DNA of 64,000 bases from Haliotis cracherodii. Lineage: Eukaryota. Positions within the stretch are counted from its first letter, which is position 1; each line of letters starts with the position of its first letter. Both the position numbers and the translations under genes were made by a program. Of this stretch, positions 56,301 through 64,000 are shown piece by piece. The notes beneath the pieces were generated by a model. The model saw only the letters and a program-made list of their open reading frames with translations. It was not told where the DNA came from and did no database searches. The stretch lies in the NCBI RefSeq assembly GCF_022045235.1, contig NW_027266267.1:26660001-26724000 (forward strand). Reading direction: 5' to 3'.

Positions 56301-57894
56301 CCTTGTTTCATAACCGGCAAGCCAGGAAGTGGGAAGACAGTCATGGGCGTTGAGATTGCAAGACGTCTGAATCAGGATGGCGGCGCCCTGTTGATCTGTC
56401 ATGATCTCGCTCTCAAAGACAAACTTGCGTAAGTATTTATTAAACAACGGTGTGAGTGATTTAGTGTTTGTTTGTTTCTTTGTTGTTTAACGCTGCACTC
56501 AGCAATATTCCAGCTATATGACAGCGGTCTGTAAATAATGGAGTCTGCACTAGACAATCCAGTGATTGATATGAGCATCAATCCACGCAATTGTTTGTTT
56601 GTTTGTTTGTTTGTTTGTTTGTTTGTTGTTTTTATGCCGCACTCAGCAATATTCCAGCTATATGACGGCGGTCAGTAAATAATCGAGTCTGGACCAGACA
56701 ATCCAGTGATTGATATCATGAGCATCTACCCACGCAATTGGGATCGATGACATGCATCATTCAAGTCAGCGAGCCTGACCACCCGATCCCGTTAGTCGCC
56801 TTTTACGACAAGCATAGTCGCCTTTTACGGCAAGCATGGGTTGCTGAAGACCTATTCTACCCCGGATCTTCACGGGTCAGTGAGCAAGTTTGTGAGTTAA
56901 CACCATGTTTTATATGTATGTCAGTTATAATATAAAGCACAGTATATTATTCCAAATAAAAGGAACTAAATATTTCAAAGGTTAAGTAAGGATAAGTTTT
57001 ATGGATGAACAACTTCTTTATTACAATTAAGAGCAACGTTTCGATGTTAGAACCTACACCGAAACGTCGCTCTTAATTGTGATAAAGAAGTTGTTCATCA
57101 ATGAATCTTATCCTTACTTAGTACTCCAACTTCTAAATGCCGATGCTTGTCACAAGAGGCGACTAACGGGATCGGGTGATCAGGCTCGCTGACTTGGTTG
57201 ATGCATGTCATCGATTCCAATTGCGTGGATCGATGCTCATGATATCAATCACTGGATTGTCTGGCTCAGACTCGATTATTTACAGACCGCCGTCATAAAG
57301 CTGGAATATTGCTGAGTGCGGCGTAAAGCAACAAACCAAACCAAAACCAAAGCCAAATGCCTATCAAAGAAATAAATTCAAAAGTTGCTGTTTTGTTAGT
57401 CTATCTTTTGTTTATGGGATATACAATATGTCTTGAAGTGTTTTGCATGAGTGTATGTTTACGAATGAGTAAGGGTATGACTGACATTATAATATCGTAT
57501 CAGCATTATTTTAGCGACGAGAACAAGTCATGAGATTAAAATCACGTTTTGCTGGAGCAAACATTTTACCATTTTTACACAGGTTTTATACCTATTTTGT
57601 GAAACCTTACGAATACATAGTGAAATCAGCCGCGAAGTGCTTTAAGAATCTAGTGAAAAGACTCTGAACCATTCTAAAGTGTGACACATTGAAAGCGTTT
57701 ATTCATTGTCTGCTGTTTTTTTTGTCTGTAGGGATTCGTCAAATTGCAAGGATATCAGAACATGCCCTGATGGCTGGAAGCAGTCAAAGTGTAAACACAT
57801 CGTAGCAGTGAAAGTTCGAGAGAAGGATCTTCACAAATACAAGGGTGTGGAACCGCTGATATCTGGCGGCAAGCTGCTTGTTTTCTCCGAATAA
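53355..57894 (+). CDS. Schlafen-like protein (SWADL/linker-like domain plus truncated SF1-helicase-like P-loop domain), ~406 aa
   Basis: Model join(53355-53604,54825-54866,55449-55541,55756-56428,57732-57894) = 1221 nt, phases consistent; first intron GC-AG. YQLTREQLEF...CFITGKPGSGKTVMGVEIARR...LLICHD...KHIV aligns by eye to SLFN11 LLTAQQYEI...LFVHGLPGSGKTIMAMKI...LYVCEN...QHIVIDE (recalled). First three exons are less certain. Confidence 0.7.
54210..54657 (+). mobile_element. MITE with TIR CGAGGCAAG...CCTTGCCGAACTAGGCT, apparently nested in an outer TIR element (54144-54754)
   Basis: Inverted ends of ~50 bp; outer inverted pair cgtcctcttccacgaaacaacctt / aaggttgttttgtggaacaggacc. Confidence 0.8.
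55183..55312. mobile_element. MITE end with five TTCGTTATA subterminal repeats
   Basis: Repeats end in gtttactg; other end not found. Confidence 0.55.
55756..56428 (+). CDS. Schlafen-like gene main exon (linker domain and Walker A GKPGSGKT)
   Basis: ttttttaacag acceptor, gtaagt donor, 673-nt open frame. Confidence 0.88.
56466..56876 (-). mobile_element. Two tandem family D copies (partial 56466-56592, full 56593-56876)
   Basis: Match to family D consensus, (GTTT)n tails. Confidence 0.9.
56983..57120. repeat. 138-bp near-perfect palindrome (Penelope-like terminal sequence, head-to-head)
   Basis: taagtaaggataag...aagagcaacgtttcg / cgaaacgtcgctctt...cttatccttactta. Confidence 0.9.
57142..57354 (+). 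mobile_element. Family D, 5'-truncated
   Basis: TSD AAATGCC (57135-57141, 57355-57361). Confidence 0.9.
57732..57894 (+). CDS. Schlafen-like gene terminal exon
   Basis: tttttttgtctgtag acceptor, phase 2 matches; DSSNCKDIRTC...KHIVAVKV...KLLVFSE*. Confidence 0.72.
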
Positions 57895-57994
57895 ACAAAC
57901 CTACACAAACTTAAGTTACATCCGTGATACGTGATTAGAAGTGGTCATCTGCACGATAATGGATGTGTGCTTAGCCTGCAACGTGTGCACACAG

Positions 57995-58167
57995 TGAGTG
58001 AGTGAGTGAGTAAGTATGGTTTGTATTTACGCCGGTTATATTCCAGCAATATAACGGCAGGGGACACCAGAAATGGGCTTCACAGACTGTACCAATGTCG
58101 GGAATTGAACCCGGGTCTTCAGCGTGACGAGCGAACGCTTTAACCACTAGGCTACCCGACCGCCCCT
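57995..58167 (-). mobile_element. SINE family A
   Basis: TSD TGTGCACACA on both sides. Confidence 0.92.
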
Positions 58168-59095
58168 TGTGCACACACCATCAAACACATTCAGGATTTT
58201 CGTAGATGTTATATTTTCTGTCATTTACATTAATTTTGGTAAATGTGTGTTTACATTCTCACCAAAAGTAAACTCTACCTGTATGTACTTATCACTGCCG
58301 ACAGGCAAAAAACTCAAGAAACGTATCATTAGCATCGTGTGTACACTACGAAAATGTGAATATTTATATTCAGACTGGTTACTTAACATAATACGAAACC
58401 ATCCTACTACCATCTAATACAACCATCCTCCACAAGTAATATATAAAATGTCGCCAAAGCTCTCCTTATAATCGTGTAATCCCAAAACTGAATATAATTC
58501 CATCTATTTTCTATTAGATTTTTCTGTTTACAAAATTCAAACAATTTAATCATGAAAGTTTAAAGTGTGCATACAAACCATTAAATGATCGTGCACCGGA
58601 TCTGTCTTCAGCAGGGATTTTTTTGTGGGTATAGAAACGTTTCAGTTAGTTAATACATGAAAAATTACTCATATTCGAGATATTAGATTGGTTCAATGCA
58701 CAAACGAACAGTGGCATGTTGTGTGAACCGACATTGCCCCAACTGATAGGAAAGGAAACCCCGACTACAGCCCTGTCCCAGGTAGCCTGTCCCGACACTA
58801 CTGTCAAGGGCTACCTGACACTCGCAACGCCCCGGGTTTCTACAACCCCAGTGCACCGGGTTGCGGTTTCCTCCTACAGAGTAGGCCCCAATTATTTGAA
58901 CAGTATGAGTCATAATTATTGAAAATTGAAAAATCTTTAAAATTGTAAATATGATGACTCCCCCCCCCCCCAAAAAAAGAAACCCAACAAAACAACAAAC
59001 ACAAATCAACAACCCAAAACAAAACAACAACAGCAAAACAAAACAAAACATAATTTAAGTTAGCACAAACCATATATGGTCCCTCACTTTTCACA

Positions 59096-62000
59096 CCCGC
59101 ATAGTGCCAGGGGACGATATATGGTCCCGAGAAAATGCCCCTTTTAAACTGTGAATTTTGATATTCAACACTGAGTGCGCAAAGTCAAAACTATAACCCT
59201 CATCACCCAAATCATCTTATCTTTAACATCGTGTAACTCATACTTTATACAGTGCTACGGATTGCGAAATATGGCGAGATTAGTAATGTGGTTACCGCGC
59301 TTCTCGATCTTTTTCTGCCATGTTTGAACACCAAGCGAACGAAGGCAATGTTTATTATGCACCCATGTCAGATACACGTAACTATTATTATATCAGACAG
59401 CCAATTTGAAAAAGAAATCTGATCGGGCTGATCAGAAATGATTTACTTGTCCCCACTGTACAGTTATTGGCGTAAGAGTACTAACGTTTAGTCGGCCACG
59501 GTAGTTTTTTGTCCCAAGAATTGCATATGTTTATCGACTGTGTGTCATGGCGATTTAGCACGGCGCTACATACCAACCGACAGTGCAGATTGTCTTTTTG
59601 TTTATGATGCTGAATTACAGAAAATATTCAAATCAAAGATATGGAAAGATAGCTATAATCTTTAATATTAAGTTGGTATTGTGTATATTTATGGGCAGGA
59701 GGTTCATGATCAAAACCTAAACATTTAATGGCCAAGCCCGAAGTGATCGACAGGGCACGTTCGCCTCATATCTGTGCCGCGATTTCTTGTTTACAGGTTG
59801 TCCTACATACTTGCCCGTTCAGACAAATAACTGCTACTTTATTCATATGAAATGACTAAGAGTCATGTGTGATTGCTCAAACTACCTGACCGTGTGAGTG
59901 ACTTGCCCTAACTGTTTCACATTTTGTCGCAAATGGAGATTTCAGAAGTGAGGCCACGACATCTAACGTGAGTCGACGCCATATTGTAACAAATTGTGTC
60001 AAGGTCGGTTACACATGTGGTAGCTCAGGCCCCGTTTCTGTCGATGGTACACGCGATACAAACATAATGCAACTACTGAAAACATCAACATAACTTCTTC
60101 AATGATGACATCAATACCTTTTTGTATTTGGATTAACCGCTTATGGATATGCTGTGCTTTTAAGTTCAATTTCGATTTGTTTTTCCTCTCATTGAAACTG
60201 TGATAATGGCGGTGTGATTGGTTTGCTGAAATAGTATTTTCCATGAGTCTAATGTACATAGTACATGTTGTGATTGTAGAAGATAATTGATAACCAATTG
60301 TGTATGCATATATATCATCAAATACACATTACTAATCTCTTCAGAAAATGGAATATATTATAGCTCGTTTTCAAACATTCTGCTATGGATATTAGATCAA
60401 AAAATGATATTAGATTTACAAATTATTTATGTACACTGTACTCTCGATTAACGTATGATAATCTATTGGAAGTCTTCAACTCTCATTTGATATGTCATCT
60501 GAAATGTCAGCAATGAGTACAATTAATTTTATTTCGTTACAATCTGCAATATTTATTCAAATAGGCTAATAGACTGTCGGTGATTTCCCGCCGCTGTGAG
60601 TTTGTCGTCTGGACAGGTGCGCGTGATTTGACCTCGCATGTTGTGACGTGGATGACGTCACTTGAAACAGCTGATCTAATGTTGTGGTAGTATACTGGAT
60701 ACACGTGGTTTCATTTTCCAAATAACAATATTCTCTTTGACTGAACTAGAAAGCATATCTAGTACATCACGATTTGAAAATGTCTACGGCGACCGACGAG
60801 TGAATGAGACCGCGTATCATTTGACTAACAGTGTTAGAATATTTGGCGCAGTTTTCTAATTTTGGTATGTTGACATGTGCTTTTCATATATGTTTGAAGG
60901 CTTGATATTCCAAAAAAATAATATGCATTTAGTTGAGTACAGTGAGAAAACTGTCAAAATGGATCCAATATTAAACCACCTAGATTTTTTAATATTTTAG
61001 CTTCATCTATTGGAATCTCGAATGGTTCAATTTATAACATAAACAGTAAAAGTAATTAGATCTTCTCACAATATATAGATAATCAATTTCTGAAAGACAA
61101 AAAGTTTTTAGTGTAAATGTGACTTCGTTTTGATGTTTTATATAGTTATATATATGTATGTCTTTTTTCACTCTGCATTATCTAAATTACCAAATACTTC
61201 GACCAGTGACATATAGTAGTAATTAGATTCTACTTTGTTTTTTATCCTAGGTATGAAATAGATTTTCTTTTTAAATAAATATTTGTCTAAGAGCAAAATC
61301 AATACATTCTTGTGGGTTTTTTTCACCATAATTTGTATATCTTCCCTCCAAGCTGTTGTTTAGCTTGGCCAAAATTAAGAAAAAAAAGGAAAGACATAAT
61401 AAACCATTTTTATGTAAGATTTTGCTGGTTAAATTTTCGGAGTTCAATACCAAGAATATATTTTTCCTTTTATGACAAATAATTCCATTACTTTCATTGA
61501 CCTACGATCATTATCTATTTCAAACTTTTCCTTCAGTAGAATGGGATGGAATGGGAAACTAGTGGAAATAAACTATCACGTATGTCCTTTAATGTACATG
61601 TACATACCTAGCTATAGGTGTAAATACACTTCTAAAGTCGTATTTATAAATCAAATGAATAAATGATAGAAAAAGTGGTATTTCATGGACTGGCCATACA
61701 AGTATATTTTGAGCAAAGGTCTAAGTAAGGCAGCCAAGTGCGAAATACGAGCTGATACGAGGATTTATGTTTTCTGGTGTTCATAGTGAAACAATGACAT
61801 ATGGCGCCCGAGTTGCGAGTGATCGAAAATAGGTTTGTTGAATAGATTTGCTGCCCATGAAAACGTTTCAACAATTTTGATTGAATCTACATGTACTTAC
61901 TCTTGGGTGGTATTACGTTAGTATAATCTTGTTAATTATTAAGAAATAACAATGATGCCCGATATTGAGCGATGTCAATTTGAGTATTGTCAGGGCTGTT

Positions 62001-62265
62001 TAGCGATCTTTCACATTTTGTCCTTTGAAAATGTACTATGTCAATTACCCGGAAGTTGCATAGATCTTTTGGATTTGGTGACTTTAGATACTGTTGGAAA
62101 GACAATCAACTCGAGTTGCATGTTATACAATTTGGTTACATTGTGTGAAGAAATAAAGACGTTGCAACACTTTTGATACAATGTATACGTTTTTGTAACC
62201 GCGACGTCAGCATAGTGCGGCACTGAGCGGTTTGCAGGCTGACTGACGTCCTGGCACCATGAGGG
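59096..62265. mobile_element. Possible non-autonomous piggyBac-like element (~3.2 kb)
   Basis: Left CCCGCATAGTGCCAGG versus right-end reverse complement CCCTCATGGTGCCAGG, followed by TTAA on the right only; no transposase recognised. Confidence 0.4.
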
Positions 62266-62285
62266 TTAATCACATCACAGTAACA

Positions 62286-63273
62286 TCAATATTTTATCAG
62301 ACCACCATTTGCTTCCAAACACAGTTTTATACGATTGGGCATACTTCCTATGAGAGAGAGGTTAGAGTCTCGTGGGTGAGAGAGTCCCAATATCGCACCA
62401 CCTCGCGCTTCATGTCATCAACTTTTGTCAATCCCTTTTGGTTCACCGACTCCTTCATGAGTCCCCACACATTTTCTATAGGATTTAAGTCCGGGCTGTA
62501 GCTAGGCCAGTCCAAAACGGTCACATTGTTGTCCACAAACCACTGCCGCGCATGTCTTGCGGTGTGTTTGGGGTCATTATCCTTTTGCAAAATCCAAGTA
62601 TTTCCATAAAAAAACCCATCTGCATTTGGGATCAGGTGAGCTTCCAAAATGTCTGCATACCTTTCACTGGTGAAATTACCATCAAAGACACACATGGGCA
62701 TCGTTCCAAGTGAAGATATCCCTTCCCAAACATGAAACTTCGGACTGTACTTTGGTCTCTGGTGCAATGGGACGGAATGACATTTGGTATACATTTTAAC
62801 ATTGTTAGGATGCACCCATACAGAGCTCTCATCTGTGAAAATAACACTGTTCCAGTCAAAGTTTTCATGCGCCAAACACCACTCTACACGTCTATCCTTG
62901 TGTTCTTGTTTCAAGAGCGGAGAGGCAATTCCTTTTCTTATCCAAGTTCGATCTAATTTCTTCTTACTGTAGATTTGGATACATTTACTGTCCCTCTATT
63001 TACCATTTCATGTTTGATATTTGAGATACTCGCCCTTCTGTTTTTAGAAGCCAAAATACCCAGTCTCACACGATCACCAAACACCAGTTTTCGAGGTCTC
63101 CCCGCTCCTTTTCTGTGCTCAGTTCCTGAACCATTCTCAATATTCTTCCGAACGCTATACACTGTAGAAAGAGGAGTATCTGTGCTCTTTGCTAATGTAG
63201 CAGCATCAGTGATGCCTTCATCATGGAGCTGTAGAATCAACCTTCTTTTCTCCTCTGCACCCATTTCTGTCAT
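62286..63273 (-). pseudogene. Tc1/mariner (DD34E-type) transposase, inactivated
   Basis: HTH with GAGRPRK; FTDES, QKDNDPKHT, WPSYSPDLNPIENVW; C-terminus GSMPNRIKLCLEANGGLIKY* after a 2-nt slip; stop plus frameshift near 62930-62955. Confidence 0.93.
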
Positions 63274-64000
63274 ATATCAGGAAAAGTCGTCTGCTCCGTA
63301 ATCAAGGGAGATAACTTTAATTTGCAGCTTCTAAAATTGAAGAAGAGTTGCTTCCCTTTGACCATAACTCAATTTTAAACACTTGTCAATATTAATATTT
63401 TATGTATGCTTCCTTGACTATGACATCAAGATTTACAATAATTTTGAACCAGACTATATATATATTTTTAATATGAATACATTTATTATCCATGCTCGTT
63501 TGTTATTGTTTTGGTTGCACAAATTCAAAATATATTTCAAATATCGAATGTTCAATGTTGAAAACAATGTGAGATTTCAACATATACTGAACAACAAAAG
63601 TTCCTGTGACATTGAATAAGATTGAATGCAAAGTTATGTTTTTCACCAAATCTGAAACAATTTCGGTTTGCAACAGATAAAAGACTTCTGTAAGTGTTCA
63701 AATGGTTTAATTTGCCATACTGACTTCAATAAATGCGTGATTTCATAAATATAAAGCATGAACATGCCAAAATGTCAATTTACAAATCATAAGCGTGTGT
63801 GTCCACCTCTGGCTGCGATGCAAGCAACACATCTCATGGAATGGACCAGAGGTCGCACAAAGTCCTGTGGGATATCTGTCCATATCTGCTGGAGCATGTT
63901 TCGAAGTTCCTGGAGTGTCTGTGGAACACGTGGTTGACGTCGAAGGCGCAGATCCATCTCACCCTACACATCCGGGGTAGATTAGGTCTTTATCAACCCA

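Overview
AT-rich, intron-rich animal genomic DNA. The SINE/MITE repertoire resembles molluscan, probably abalone-like gastropod, repeats (inference, not verified). Three genes were spliced by hand. (1) A complete 15-exon V-ATPase catalytic subunit A gene (ATP6V1A, minus strand, 5664-22017, 621 aa) with one U12-type intron. (2) A complete 5-exon NAA50/san gene (plus strand, 23451-29288, 177 aa) lying head-to-head with it, the arrangement I recall in human. (3) A Schlafen-like gene (plus strand, 53355-57894, ~406 aa) with the SWADL/linker domain and first half of the helicase domain, but no visible RNase domain, a degenerate Walker B and an early stop. The rest is a 9.9-kb G-rich 33-bp satellite with higher-order structure (36710-46612), a 200-N gap, four SINE-like families, several MITEs, and decayed Gypsy, MULE, Penelope-like, LINE and Tc1 fragments. 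Most notable unexplained patterns: SINE (ACTC)n tails sitting in the branch-point zone of five introns, and strong sense-orientation bias of SINEs inside both housekeeping genes.
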